From the NCBI GenBank assembly GCA_013265495.1, contig MU058844.1, positions 13,166,184 through 13,230,183 on the forward strand: 64,000 nt of DNA, written 5' to 3'. A model generated the notes under the pieces. It was given only the letters and a program-made list of their open reading frames with translations, ran no database searches and was not told the origin of the DNA. Positions 24,640 to 37,260 of this stretch are shown one piece after another. The position numbers and the translations under genes are program-made. Origin of the DNA: Vicugna vicugna (Eukaryota). The number at the start of each line of letters is the position of its first letter. Positions within the stretch are counted from its first letter, which is position 1.

Positions 24640-25120
24640 TCCCTTTTCCAATCCATTCTTTATACTGTGGTCGGGTTAATCTCCTCCCCCAGACACTGTT
24701 TCTGACATCTTGCTGCCTTGCTCGAGATCTGTTAATAGATAACTGATCTCTGCAGAATAACACCCTAATGCATCTGTGTGGCATTTGAGAGCCTCCCACA
24801 CTGCCTTCCACAAAGTCCCTTTCCAAGTGTTTCTCATCCCAGTCCTGCACAGAGGCAGCACATGACAGAATCAAAAGTAAATTCTTGTTTACACATTCAA
24901 ATTTAACCACTGACCCCCTCTGGTCACTCTGGACTTCTGGAACGCCTGTTGTCTAAAATACTCATTTAGCACTAAATTTGTGCAACTTGGTATTGTTAAA
25001 TTTTTTTTTCTGTCTTGTCATCCAAGCTAAAAATGAACTTCTTGAAAGCAGAGGATTTGGATATCTCACAAGTATGTCACACCAAGAATCTCGTATATCA
25101 CACATTGCTTGCACCAACGG
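24640..25120 (+). mobile_element. L2 fragment
   Basis: ccaatccattctttatactgtgg and 3'-like tctgtcttgtcatccaagctaaaaatgaacttcttgaaagcagagg. Confidence 0.5.
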
Positions 25121-25479
25121 TCTCGGGTAGCCCATCGTGCCTTTCACTGAGAAGTCCCCAAGTACCTCATCGTTCTTAGACCCCTGAGAGTGCCTCCTCT
25201 TGGCTGAGTCTGGGACAGGATCTCTGGCCTTAATAGAGTTGGAGACCCTCTCCCTAGGGGAAGAAGGGAATTTTGGAAGTTGGCTTCTTAGATGATTTTC
25301 TGGAAAAGCACACATTGCAGTCTGACTTCGAGTAAACTTCAGCCATTGTCCATTTTTCAAGTTGTTGTTAGAAAACATATAACACAAAAGTTACCATCTT
25401 AACCATTATTATAAGTGTTATGTATATTCACATTGTTGTGATGTAGAACAAGCATGTATTTTTTTAACCTCAAAAATAT

Positions 25480-26265
25480 TTAGCTATCCAGAATATATGA
25501 CAAACTCTCACTAATTAATAATAAGAGAGCAAAAAAAATCATCCAATTAAAGAAAAAGAGCTAAGGTTTAAGTGAATTAAAATTAAAACCACAATGAGAT
25601 AACCTATTAGAATGGCTTCAAAACAACTCAAAATACCAAATGCTGAGAAGAATGTGGATTTAATGGAACTCTCATCCATTGCTGGTGGGAATGCAGAAAA
25701 GGCAACCACCGTGAAAAAACTAGTTGGTACTTTGTAGTAAGTTAACCTACACTTACCATATTATCCAGCACTCCCAGTGTTAGATATTTACACAAGAGAA
25801 ATGATGACATATATCCACACAAGAACCTGTGTGTGGATGTTTACTAAACAGCGTTATTCATGGTCATCTGAAACTGGAGGCAACTCAAATGTCTATCCAT
25901 GATGAATAGATAAACAAATTATAGTGCATTCATACTGTGGAAACTACTTTAAAAAAATGGAGCACCAATGGATGCGACAACATGGATGGATTTCAGATGT
26001 GTTATGCTAACTGACAGAAGCCAGGCTCAAAAGCTACCTTATGTGATTCCTTTAATGCAGCTCTTGGGGAAAGCAAAACTATAGGGACAGACTGGGATCT
26101 GGGATCTGGGGGAGAATCAACTGTAAATTTTGCAGCGGAATCGACTATATCTTGATTGCGATGGTGGCTATACAACTCATGATTGTTCAAATTCATAGAA
26201 CTCTACTCCTAGTGAAGTCAGTTTTTGCTGTAAGTAAATTGTAGTTCAGTTGACCTAGCTTTAAA
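25480..26265 (+). mobile_element. Old L1M (L1MC/L1ME-type) ORF2-end and 3'UTR fragment
   Basis: aaattaaaaccacaatgagata...ggaactctcatccattgctggtgggaatgca...atatccacacaagaacctgt...gaagccaggctcaaaag; preceded by a short minus L1MB-like piece at ~25350-25445. Confidence 0.85.
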
Positions 26266-26360
26266 AATCCTCCAGCTATTTAATACTTCAAATAGTTGGC
26301 CACTTAATTTACAGTGTTGCTATCAAAAACAGCTGAATTAGGTAGGAAAATCTAATATAT

Positions 26361-26486
26361 AGGTAGATCTTAGTTTGCCCTGGACAGTCCAAGTTAATGC
26401 TTGTTTTCCTGGTGATCCAATTGGTTAAACATTTGTCCCAGACAATAGAGACCTGGTTCGGATGACAGATGATACAATCATGTTAG
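26361..26486. mobile_element. MER94-like hAT MITE (degraded)
   Basis: agtttgccctggacagtccaagttaatgcttgttttcctgg...ctggttcggatgacagatgatac. Confidence 0.45.
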
Positions 26487-28351
26487 GGTTAGGTGATGTT
26501 GTCATGGTACTTCAGACAAACTCTTGAGATACCAGGCCATTAAGCAGAGCATTCAAGAGTCTTAGACCAGTGCTAACCTTTCTTCCAAGGAAAAGTATAA
26601 GTTAGAGCAGATTCTCAGTGGCCCTCTGGCTCAGTCTAACTGGTAAATTATGTGGCACAGGCTTTGGAGGCCAGTAGCTTTAGGACTAAATACCAGAACA
26701 GCTCCCAAGTAAGTGGGCAGGGTATTTAATCTAAACAATCTCACCTGGAAAGTAGGAATTTTAATACCTGACTTGCAGAGGTGTTGTTAAAAAAAAAAAG
26801 TGACTTAGCAAATTGCATGGCACAAATTCAGTGCTCAGTGGTTGCTATGATCACTGCTGTCACTTGTTGTCACGGTTGTCATCATCACCCTTCCCTGTGA
26901 GTTAAGAGGACTTTTCCACTTGCGATGGGTGGCCTCAGTACACTGGGGGCAAGTAGATTTTGCCATGGAAATGTGCACGGTTTCCATTCACTTCAGTCAC
27001 TTGTGCTTTGGTATTTGCTGCCTCTCTTCTTGCCCATGAAGTGGATTTGTTGAAGATTTGTCCCTCACTTAAAACTGGGTGCCTCCCTCCAGAATTACTG
27101 GTATTTCCAAGTGTCTCCCCTCTCCCTGGCTGTGCATTTGCTGGTTGCTTATTGTCTGGTGATTTCAAGACAGAGCGAAATCTATTTCAATCATTTCGGG
27201 AATGCAGCACACCCGAGGTGTAAGACAGCAAGAAGCCTGCTTCACCTGTGCCCTCGCTTGGTTGCTCTGAGTGTGGTCAGATCACTAGTAGGACACTCGA
27301 GTTAGTGAGTCAAGATAGTCAAAGAAAGTTTGAAATTCAAGTATGATTCATTTGAACCTGTGGAGGAAGATGGTTGCTTAATATTCTATGGGGAGCCCAC
27401 AAGATGAGCCGCCATGATCCTCAGGCAGCTGAACAATCGAACAAGGGTTTTCTCTGGAGCAATAAATAAGCACTGTGTTAAGGTCTAGATGGGGAAGAAG
27501 AAGAGACATAAGCTCCAGAAGCAGCTCTGAAGGACTTTACACCTTGGCTGGGGGGACGAAACGAAAACACACAAATCCAGGGGATAATGACACGGAGTAG
27601 AATTAAGAGCTGCCTGTCATGGAAAGCCCTACAGTCATGATGAGAAAAATAATAATAACAGATGTCGGTTAAAGGAGAGACAATACAATTGGGAAGTGGT
27701 CAGGGCAGGTATTTAAAAGTTCCCCTTTATATGACTGTAGTGTGTTTTGACATGTGATTTAAGAAATTAATTTCTGTCACCAACTGTAATTTCAGTAACA
27801 TCCTAGTCTGGTACCGAAGCTGACCCAGAGCAGTTCATGTGGCCAGGATTTAAAGCTAAATTCAATTCATTATTAGCAGATGCAAGGTTGATCGGAGTGG
27901 GAGATAGCTGAGGTAGGGAAATAGAATACTTTCCAAATTTTCAAAAGGCCTTTGTGTGAACTTTTAATAGTAAGCTCTGATGGAAACTTCTGATTTTTTT
28001 TTTTTGGTTTGTTTTAATAAATTATGGGAATTCTACTTTGCCATGAGGGAGACGGGAAGCAGAAGTTGTTAAGAGGAAGCTTCAAAGGGCAAATGAATCC
28101 TTGCCTTTGATAGTTTGTCTCAGATAAAGTTGCTTTCTGCTAAAAAAGAAAAGAGAAGAAAAAAAAAAAACCCAAAGACCAAAGAAAACTGCCTGCAAGA
28201 GTGTTTGATACAAGAGTGTTGGATGCAAACACACGCTGAGCCCCTTCCACACCAAAGTTGTATGTGTTTGATTGGAAACAGTAAAGTGTCAGTGAGTGAA
28301 GTCCTGCACTTCTATGTCTTTATATGTTGCTATAATTTAAAAATACATGCA

Positions 28352-28960
28352 ATGCTGGTGGGAGAGTAAAATGATGCAACCATTGTGGAAAACAGTATAG
28401 CAATTCCTTAAAAAATTAAACAGAGGATTACCATATAAACCAGCAGTTCCATGTCTGGGTGTATCCATAAAAGAAATGAAAGCAAGGACTTGAATAGATA
28501 TTTGTACACCCATGTTCATAGCAACTTTATTCCCAAGAGCAAAAAGTGGAAACAACCCAGATGTCCATCAGTGGATGAATGAATAAACAAAATGTGACTT
28601 ATACATATAATGGAATGTTATTCAAACTTAAGAAGACAGGAAATTCTAATACATGCCACAACATGGATGAAACTTATGGACGTTTTGCTACGTGAAATAA
28701 GCCAGGCACAGAAGGACAAATGTTGTATGGTTCCACTTACCCAAGGTACTTAGAGTAGTCAAAGTCATAGAGACAGAAAATAGAATGGGGAGAATGGGGA
28801 GTTACTGATTAATGGGTAATTTCAAGTTAGGAAGAAGCTCTGGAGATGGATGGTGGTAATGGTTGCATAACAATGTGATTGTACTTAATGCCACTGAACT
28901 GTACTCTTAGAAATGGTTAAAATGGTTTATGTTATATATATCTTAGCATAATAAAAAACC
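28352..28960 (+). mobile_element. L1MB-type 3' fragment
   Basis: tgctggtgggagagtaaaatg...gacttgaatagatatttgtacacccatgttcatagc...ggagatggatggtggtaatggttgcataacaatgtg...gccactgaactgtac. Confidence 0.9.
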
Positions 28961-30658
28961 CCAGACATTTCACATAAAAAAAATGCATACGCAATGAGTT
29001 TTTCCTTGAATAAACAGCTCCTTTTCTTATAGTGCATAGACGAGAATAAAAAGTGTTCTGTCCGATTCAGTCAAGCATTCCTGTGGGAATCCTGGTTAGT
29101 TAGATTACAGTGGCAAGCCAGACAGTGGCTCCTGTGATGGGAGATAAAGAGGCTTGGGGATTTTAGTCTTGTAAATCCAAACCTAGACGTGATGAGGTAT
29201 AAAGTGCAGCACCTTTATTGATAATTGTTTATGAGTGTGTGGAATACATGGTACAGGTATGTGGAAAACAATGGGTAAAGGCCGGCAGGCAGGAATGAGT
29301 ATGTGGTGGTGGAGGAAGGGGTCAAGGGGCAGTAAAGAAACCATCCTGATTGGAGGGAAGATAATGTCAAAGCAACTAGCCAGTCAAAAGAATGGGTTGT
29401 GTGAGGTCAGGCTGCGAAGGGAGTTCAGGTTTGGTGTATAAGTGATAGGCTTCCACAGCAGATTCTTATTCTGAGTTTTTGGGCAGTGCTTATATTAAAA
29501 TAGGAATCCTTCCCAATGGTGAGATTGTATTCTTTAGCAAAGGTATGCCCTTCAGCCTTCAGAATTCTTCATCCCTCTTGTAAGGGCTCTGCTATGTACA
29601 AAGATTCTTTAAAATGCATAGCTTCATGCATGGAAGAATGAAGTCACTGCAAAGAAGGTGAATTCTATTTGCACAGTGCACAATGAGTGCACTCCAGTGA
29701 TCTTAGTAAATGACAAAACTGATAACTGGGTTCTTGAAACCCATTCCTGTGACAAACTCAATGCCATTTCTAGTTATCTGATTGGCTTTTTTTTTTAAAG
29801 GCTGAGGCGAAGGTCACGATGCATTGACTTGTGGCATAAATATAAATGTTTCCTTTACTTTTTTCTTCTGACATCATATGCTAGCTAGAGACATGGAGAC
29901 TTTTTGTTTGATTTGGAGAAGGCAGCGTATTTACCAATGGCTGAAGGGTGATTAAGAAATAATGTAACTTCAAAGAGTGTGTGGAGAAAGGCCTAGATAA
30001 AGATTGCCTAGATCTCTTCTAGATATTATGGGAAGTTGACTTAGGTTAAATTTGAACAAGTCCTGTTGGATAGGTCATTGAAAGTTAAGAATAAGCTTAA
30101 GTGTCTCAGGTGTTGTAAAAACATTGTCTACAATGATAGTCCCTTGCACTGGGTAAGAAGCTGACTCTGTTGTCAGGATATTGTAATAAAATTGTGAATC
30201 CCAGTGTTTGAAAAGTGCTTGCTCCTAATTCATAGGTGTATGTGTACCATTTGTCAAATACTGCAGTTAATCAAGGCAGAGTGAACCATTCGAGTGTAAT
30301 CAATAAATACTGCTAACAAAGGGAAAGCGGCCTTAAAACAAATGTCTACAGGGATAGGCCATATGTTGGTGAAAATTGCTATTAATTTTCGGGGGTTACT
30401 GAGAACCAGGCTCAATCAGATTTCTTCTTTTTGGCTAATGAAAAGCTAACATGAATTATGATAGTGCAGAAAAGGGCCAAAGTAGAGTTTCTGTTTCCAG
30501 CAGAGCCACAAAAAATTTTTAAAGGGTAGAGAGTGCTCAGCATTTGTCATTTGTCATGAAGCCCAGGTTTCCGTTTAGCATGGCTAAAGGTTCTTTGCCA
30601 AAAAGTAAAGATGGGAGAATTTTTACTTTCCTCTTCAGGCTATTGTGTTGCTATAGAT

Positions 30659-31006
30659 CTGCATTCTCCAATATGGTAGCCACATGTACCCACATGGGGC
30701 CATTGAACACTTGGAGTGTGGCTAGTCTGCACTGAAATGTGCTATGACTATAAAATATACACACTGGTTTCTACATTTTTTTGGTACAAAATACATAGAA
30801 TATCAAATGTAGAATATCTTATTGATGATTTTTTAATATGATTTCATTAAAATGACATTTCAGTTATATTAGATAAATGCTAAATAAGTTACTAAAAATA
30901 AGTTATTAAAATTAATTTCACCTGTTCCTATATACTTTTTAATACATTTACTAGGAAATTCAAATTACAGAACTGGCTTGTATTACATTTTTATTGGACA
31001 GCCCTG
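30659..31006 (-). mobile_element. MER33-like hAT-Charlie MITE
   Basis: tccaatatggtagccac...aaaattaatttcacctgtt...ttattggacagccctg; about 350 bp with inverted termini. Confidence 0.8.
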
Positions 31007-31737
31007 GTGTGGATGGTACCATATTGACTATAAGCAGTAATATTTTTCACTGATACATTGCATTCTGCTAGCATAGCTGTAATAAGCTGAAACTCAGTAA
31101 CAAAGTAGGAATCAGACTTTTTAACCTCTAAATGATTGTATTAAAAAATTAACTGTTTTATCTTAACAGAGGTTTTAAAAAATACCCAATGTGGGTATAC
31201 TTCATCCAATGTCTTTTGCATTTGTTTAATTTTTTTTTTTTTTTAGTGTGCTGTCATAATGATAACTTGCTATTCTTTGGAAGAATTAGATCAGATGATT
31301 AAATCCCCTTCTGAGCATTTAGAAGGGGGCAGCCAAAGAAAGCTGATTTGAATACAGGGAATAAACAGTAATTAAACTGTAAATGTTGATTTTCTTTTGA
31401 AGTCCACTGGCGTGTTTGGTGTGAATAAAGAGCACATTGTCAGTAATTCTTTCTGCTGCCACAGTCAGGGCACGTGAGAATCTGAGAATCAATGAAAGGC
31501 TGCATTAAATTGGGGAGTTTCCCAGGGCTGCTGAACTGAAACTTCCTTTGTTTATATTAAAGTCTAGATAATTTTTTTCTCAAACAGTACACATTGATTT
31601 TAGATATAATCTTTAGAGGTTTTTTTTTTTCCCCTTCTTCACCATCTGGAGAGGAAATTTGAAAACCTGGAGATGAGGTTTCTGAGCAAAAGCCAAAAAA
31701 GGCTTATTTCGCAGTCCATTTTGGGGGAATTTTTAAA

Positions 31738-31919
31738 CAGTAGTTCTCAGCCTCAGCTGTTTTTTAGATTCACCTAGGGAGCTTTTTAAGACTCCCAGGG
31801 TCCAGGCTGCACCCCAGATCAATGATAGGAGATACTCCAGGATAGGATCTGGGGACTCAGTAAGGAATTGTTAATGCTCCCCAAGTGATTCCAATGTGTA
31901 CCCAGGCTGCAAACCCCTG
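31738..31919. mobile_element. MER5A hAT-Charlie MITE
   Basis: cagtagttctca...ttcacctagggagcttttt...ccaggctgcaccccagatcaat...gctccccaagtgattccaatgtg. Confidence 0.8.
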
Positions 31920-32519
31920 CTGTGTTAACAGCCTAAGACAGACACCTGTGTTCACCAGAATTTTCCAGAGGACTCAGGGAAACTGGCTTGCAGTGTGTGG
32001 ATGAGTTAAGTTTCTAAGTGGATTATTTTCCCTCTAATTGAAAATTGGAGGGGCTGTACACTGGCTCACCTTGATGCATACAGCAATGTACACTTTTCTT
32101 ATGCTCTAACGTAAACACTCAAGAGGCTTTGATGATTATAAAACCGTCAACCGTTCCATGATTAACTGGACTTGCATATTCAGGATAGGTGATGCAGGCA
32201 CTGGTCCCTTACAGACACACACACACAACACACACAACCTGTACACAAAGTCAGGCTGTTATCCACTGCAAATATATTTTCACAAGTTATTTATCACAAT
32301 ATTAACAATTTCAGCCGTATTCTAAAGAGGACGTTTTCAGCTGGGTGAGTAAGACAGAGATTGTATTGAATTATTTTAGGTTGGGTTGGGCATTACTTAC
32401 TTTGCAAATATAATTATTATGATGGAAACTACATTTTTCCATTGTGAAACGATTTGGTTCTCTTGAATTTGGTTCTATTGCATTTAAGGCCTTCAAAAGG
32501 AGTTTATGTGGTGAAAGGA

Positions 32520-32696
32520 TTTTTTAAAATTTTTATTGAAGTGTAGTTGATTTACAATGTTAGTTTCAGGTGTGCAGCAGGGTGATTTAGTTATACACAC
32601 ACATATATTTATTTCTTTTCAGATTCTTTTCCATTATATGTTATTACAAGAAACTGAATATAGTTCCTGGTGCTATATAGTAGGTCCTTGTTTATT
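32520..32696 (-). mobile_element. Short cetartiodactyl-type L1 3'-end copy
   Basis: ttttattgaagtgtagttgatttacaatgttagtttcaggtgtgcagca...tagtaggtccttgttt; same subfamily as the copy at 23010. Confidence 0.85.
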
Positions 32697-33342
32697 CGGC
32701 AAAGGTATTTTATAAACTGTAAAGGACTAAGCAAGGTGAGCTAAGGCATTCTATACATTTTGTGAAGTTCGAAGTTTTCATCTTTAAGATCAGTATCAAA
32801 TGAAACAATCCCTGTTATGGGGAGCCAAGAAATGTAATTTATTCTGGGGTTGCTCTATTGGGAGTGGGGTGAGCTTCTTTAAGTCATCTCAAAATGGGTG
32901 GAGGACAGAGTATAAAAGTCCTTGAATCAGTGGCAATTTGGTGTTTTATTATTTATTATCAACAGCTTCGGGAGGTTCGTTCATCCATTTAGTCATTTAT
33001 TCAACAAATATTCATTGATGGTCTGCTAGATGTCAGGTAATGTTCTAGGTACTAGAGATAGATACAGTAGAGAACAAAGCAGAACAACAACAGAAAACCA
33101 ACCCTACTCTCATGGGGTGTGCATTTGAATTGAGAGAGACCAACAATACATAAGTATATTTTACAGAAGAAGAAAGAGAAGAAAGAGATTGTGATTTCTC
33201 ATGTGACTAGCACCAGCGTCCCCCAGGTGATATTTGAGCAAAAGATTGCAGTAGGTGAGGGAGTGAGTCACACAAATATCAGAAGAAGGGTGTCCAGGAG
33301 GCAGGGACGAACAGTACAAAGGGCTTGAGGTGTGGTACTCCT

Positions 33343-33495
33343 GGGCTTGCCAGAGAAAATACAGGAAATGTGAATTTCAGATAAATAAGACATATTTTTA
33401 AAATATAAGAATGTGCCATGCAATGTTTGGGGCATACTTATGCTTAAAAAAATTACAGAGTGCCTTGTATTTTCACTTCCTAAATCTGGCAACTC
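33343..33495. mobile_element. MER53 palindromic hAT MITE
   Basis: Inverted termini ttgccaga...aaaatacagg and tgtatttt...tctggcaa; centre tgtgccatgcaatgtttggggcatacttat. Confidence 0.85.
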
Positions 33496-33589
33496 AACAC
33501 TATCTCACATTTTTGAAGGAGTAAAAGGAGGCCAATGGTTGGAGTGGAGTGAGGAAAAGGGAGGGTAGAAATGGACAAAGTAAGAGGCT

Positions 33590-34480
33590 CCGGGGGCCAG
33601 AGTGTGTGGGGCCGCTGTAAGAACGTTACCTTTCACTCCAGCCAGGACTGGAGATCCCTGGAGGTCTGAGCACAGAGGTGCTGTGACTTTTCTTAAAGTG
33701 TAAAAGAACCAGCTGGCCGGCTGTGTTTCACGTGGGGGGCGGGGGCGGGAGCACAGAGGCCAGCTTGGAGGCTATTGCAAAAATCCAGCTGAGAGGTCGT
33801 GGAGGTGGGGAGAGGCGATGGGTGAGAGTCTGTGTGGGAAGCCTACGGCCTCCACTGGCGGACTGGACGTGGGGCGCACGCGAGAGAAGGGGCTGGGGGG
33901 GCAGGGCACACCTCGGGGTCGCGTGCCTGCCCTGGACACCCGAGGCTCTGGGTTCCATCCCCAGTCCCTCCGTTAAAAATGAATAAATACATAAGCCTGA
34001 TTACCTCCCCCCTCCCCCCCCAAAAGAGGCGGGGCTGAGTTAAACGAAAGAGGGAAACTTCCGGTGGAGCAGGGTCTTGGAGCCGAGCTCGGGAGGAACG
34101 TGAGTTCATTTTTGATACGTGGCGTTGTCCACGTCTACTGGGAAAGTGAAAAGGGGGAAGTGAACGCAGGGGTGAGGAAAGGGCGAGGAGGCTGTTGAGA
34201 AAAACTTGATGTCGGTGACTGTCCTAGGGAGCTCGTGACCGGGGGCAGCCGCCGGCGTGTGGCAGTCTCTTGAATCCCAGGGCAGTTCGGGCCATCAGAG
34301 CCCTCAGATGGTGGAGGCTGAGCTGGACGTCGTGTCTCCGGGCCTCCAGCGCCGAGGTCCCCCCGAGTCGACACCACCGCCACCTACGTCTCCTGCTGCA
34401 TGGCCGGGTTCACCCTTCCTACCGCGTCCCCTCAGAGCAGAGTAGTTGTGAGAAAAATGTATGAGAGTTACTCTTCCTGC
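33590..34480. promoter_or_regulatory. CpG-island-like GC peak
   Basis: About 45 CpGs in 33721-34430 by hand count versus about 2 in 32981-33580; GC box at ~33736 and ETS motif ACTTCCGGT at 34057-34065. Confidence 0.7.
33896..34023 (+). mobile_element. Camelid Vic-1-type SINE, strongly GC-shifted
   Basis: gaggctctgggttccatccccagtccctccgttaaaaatgaataaatacataagcctgattacctccccc aligns to the copies at 17473 and 22278; TSD gagagaaggggctg (33882-33895) / aagaggcggggctg (34024-34037). Confidence 0.8.
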
Positions 34481-34590
34481 CGATTCCCTCAGAAGGAAAA
34501 AGCAAAAGCTCTACAGAGGGTGAAACACATCTTTATTTTTATCCTTATTGTTGTCACTACTGTTACCACAACCGCAGCCCTTTGAAGTAA

Positions 34591-34690
34591 CTGTGAGGTG
34601 ACTCCTGTGAGGTGACACCTGTGAGGTGACTCCTGTGAGGTGACTGACTCCTGTGAGGTGACACCTGTGAGGTGACTCCTGTGACATGAC
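34591..34690. repeat. 14-bp minisatellite CTGTGAGGTGAC(T/A)C, 6 units plus a partial unit
   Basis: Units start at 34591, 34605, 34619, 34633 (18 nt, extra TGAC), 34651, 34665 and 34679 (partial). Confidence 0.95.
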
Positions 34691-35869
34691 GGAGCCCTTC
34701 TGACCCCAGCTTACACAGCCCAGCCCCCTGCGGTCTGGAGAGCCCTCTCCTTTCTTCCAGGTCTTAAGGAGGCTCCCGAGTCTTCCTGTGGAGCCCAGGC
34801 GGCCAGCGGGCGTTATCATTTCATCTCTCCCACCCGCTAAAACTTGGCTCCTCCTCAGGGCACTTTCGCATTTTCCCACAGTTTCCTTCTTGAGTCCTTT
34901 TCAGTCAACCGCTATGTTTTCTCCTCCCCTTCTCTCCCCTTCTCTGTAGATCCTGTGAGAACTTGGCAACTCTCTCTTCCGCTGATTTTGTTACTTTTCC
35001 CTCCTCCTCCCCGATCTCATTCCTTATAGCTTGTTATAGACCAAAATTTGGTTTGCATTTTTGTTCTATCTGATGCTAATCAATAAGGCTCAGAATGGAG
35101 CTTTTGTCTTTTTTTTTTTTTTTTAAATCCTTCATTATGTTACTTACGGGTTTCTCAGTTTCATTCAGAAATCAATTATACATCCCTAATGATGAAACTT
35201 CATTTGGGCAAGTTTTGGTGATTCTCTTCATGCCAAGTCTGTGATAGGATTGCCAGCTGGGATAAAATTGATAACAATTGCCATTAGTATTTTGTTTCAA
35301 GATTATCAAGCTCCACTCGAAAGTATCCCACCGGCTTTATTTTGGGAAGAAGTTACTTGATCCAGAGATCTGAATGTGGGAGATCCTCACGGTTCAGGTC
35401 GCTAGGTTTAAGTTGTTTAATGACTCTGGCTTGACTGAAACTCAGACTCTAGCTCCACATGGTTCTGGGGCTCCCTCTCTGACCCTCTCTTTCTGCCAAT
35501 TAGCTAGGTTTGAATTCAGAAGCCTTTTTCTTCAGTGCCAGTGACCGGTGATGATCCTAGCAAATTCCCGCTCTGGAGCTCAGTGAAGGGGAGAGTTCTC
35601 AGTCTTCAGCCACTGGTGTCTCATAGGAGTTCTCCCCTTTTGGGTCTATGGGAATGTGATATGGGTGAACTTTTCTTTGAAAGAAGTGCCTCAATCGTCA
35701 GTAAGCCCCTGTAGGTGTGTCCTAAAGGGACTTTTCTTACAGCCAAATCTGCTCCGTAGACAGTATTTTTGTGGTGAATCTTTACTCTGCTGCTAGGCCT
35801 TATCTTGGAAAGGCCATCCTGTCTTTGGCATCTGCAGTTTTCAAACCAGTTGATTGGAAAAATACTATT

Positions 35870-36090
35870 TTTCCCCTTTGTATGCTGCCACATATTGAGC
35901 TCTTGTTCTGTGCCAGGCAATGTACTTCTCTTTTACATAGAGCATGCATTCCGTTCTCACGACCCATCTTAAGGATGGAGACTGAGCCAAACAGAGAGGT
36001 TAAATAACTTGCCTAAGTTTGAGCTGGTAAGTGTGGGAAACCAGGGTTTGAACCAGATCTGTCTGATTCTAAAACCTGTGTTCATAAGGA
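35870..36090 (-). mobile_element. MIR
   Basis: tattgagctcttgttctgtgccaggc...gatggagactgagccaaacagagaggttaaataacttgcctaag...gggtttgaacc. Confidence 0.8.
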
Positions 36091-36999
36091 CAAAACTTCC
36101 TGATTCACTAGGGGGTTTAAACTAAATCAGAAGAGAATCAAGACAATTCCCTTTTTCTCTCCCATAGATTTTAGTTTCTCTAGCGTATTTCCAACCACTA
36201 TGATACTCATTTGAAATCTAAAAGTTGGATTGTCTTTGCAATATTCTTTCTCTAGTCCCAGAGTCAGAACCCTCATGAGCTGAAAGAAATCCTAAATCTC
36301 TAAGCTGCCAATTAAAAGAAAATACTGTTTTGAACATAGTGAGGTCTTAAATCTGAAGCCAACTGTATTGTACGTCAGCAATAGACTAAATAGCTACTAA
36401 ATGCCAAGCTATGGGGAACAGGTGCTCGTTACAGACAGACCGTCTAATTCTTCCGTGATTGCTGCACAGTGATTGTTCTAATCCTAATATGTTTGCCGGA
36501 TGCCCAGTACCTTGTTGACAGGTTAGCGCAGGTTAAACACGGAGGTGGAAGATGAGAGAGTCATTTGTCTTCTCTTTACTGTTGCTCCCGGCAGAAGGTC
36601 AGGTGATGAATTCCAAATGAGAAGCCAAACTAACTGGGCCCCTTTCGATGTGTGCTTGATGAGGTGTATCTGATGGGGCTTTTATTGGTCAAGCTTGAAG
36701 GATCATCTTTTCAGAAAGGTCAAATTCCCCATTATCAAAGAATAGGGAAATCAGGCTAGAGGACTGCTAGGACCTCTGCTGCTAGGTTTCTTCCTTTCTC
36801 ATTTCTTACGTGTAAGAAAGACATATAAAAAACTTACAAGTGACAGATGGGATGTCCACATGGAAAGAAGACTGTATTATATTTCCTCTCAACTGCCTAC
36901 TGTGATTACGTACCTGAATGTAAGGAAAAGGTGAGCAAAATTAATGGTGCAACAAATACAATTCACTTTTTTTCTCCTCCTCCTCCAGCCTCCTAGGAC

Positions 37000-37260
37000 C
37001 CATCGTGTGATGGGGAAAGAGCTCAGATTCTGAAGTTGAACAGCTCTGGGTTTAAATCTTGGCTACTTCACTTGTTGGCTTGGTTTTGGGCAAGTGACAC
37101 AAATCTCTCTAGTTTGTGGTTTCCCATCTATTAAGTAGGGATGAAAATAGTACCTATTAAAACATGGTTACTATGAAGCTTAAAAGGATGTTTGTAAAAT
37201 CTTCAGCATATGGTGAGTATTGAGCAGATGGGAACTGTTTGAAAAGAATTTATTATTTTT
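37000..37260 (+). mobile_element. MIR
   Basis: ctgggtttaaatcttggctctactcacttg...ttgggcaagtgac-type core followed by gggatgaaaatagtacctat. Confidence 0.75.

Larger units (their letters stand above)
32975..34200 (-). mobile_element. L2 element, interrupted by MER53 and a SINE; distal part GC-shifted
   Basis: ttcatccatttagtcatttattcaacaaatattcattga (L2 3' end), tttgagcaaagattgcagtaggtgagggagtgag, aaggaggccaatggttggagtggagtgag, ggaggctattgcaaaaatccagctgagagg. Confidence 0.8.

Noticed and set aside
33590..34480. Ancestral CpG-island promoter or first coding exon of a known gene
   Set aside because: The sequence aligns to L2 and SINE repeats, and the overlapping ORFs are low-complexity GC-rich frames without a convincing start/donor structure
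34591..34690. Possible CRISPR-like array
   Set aside because: Units are head-to-tail with no unique spacers, there are no cas genes, and the context is mammalian; it is a minisatellite
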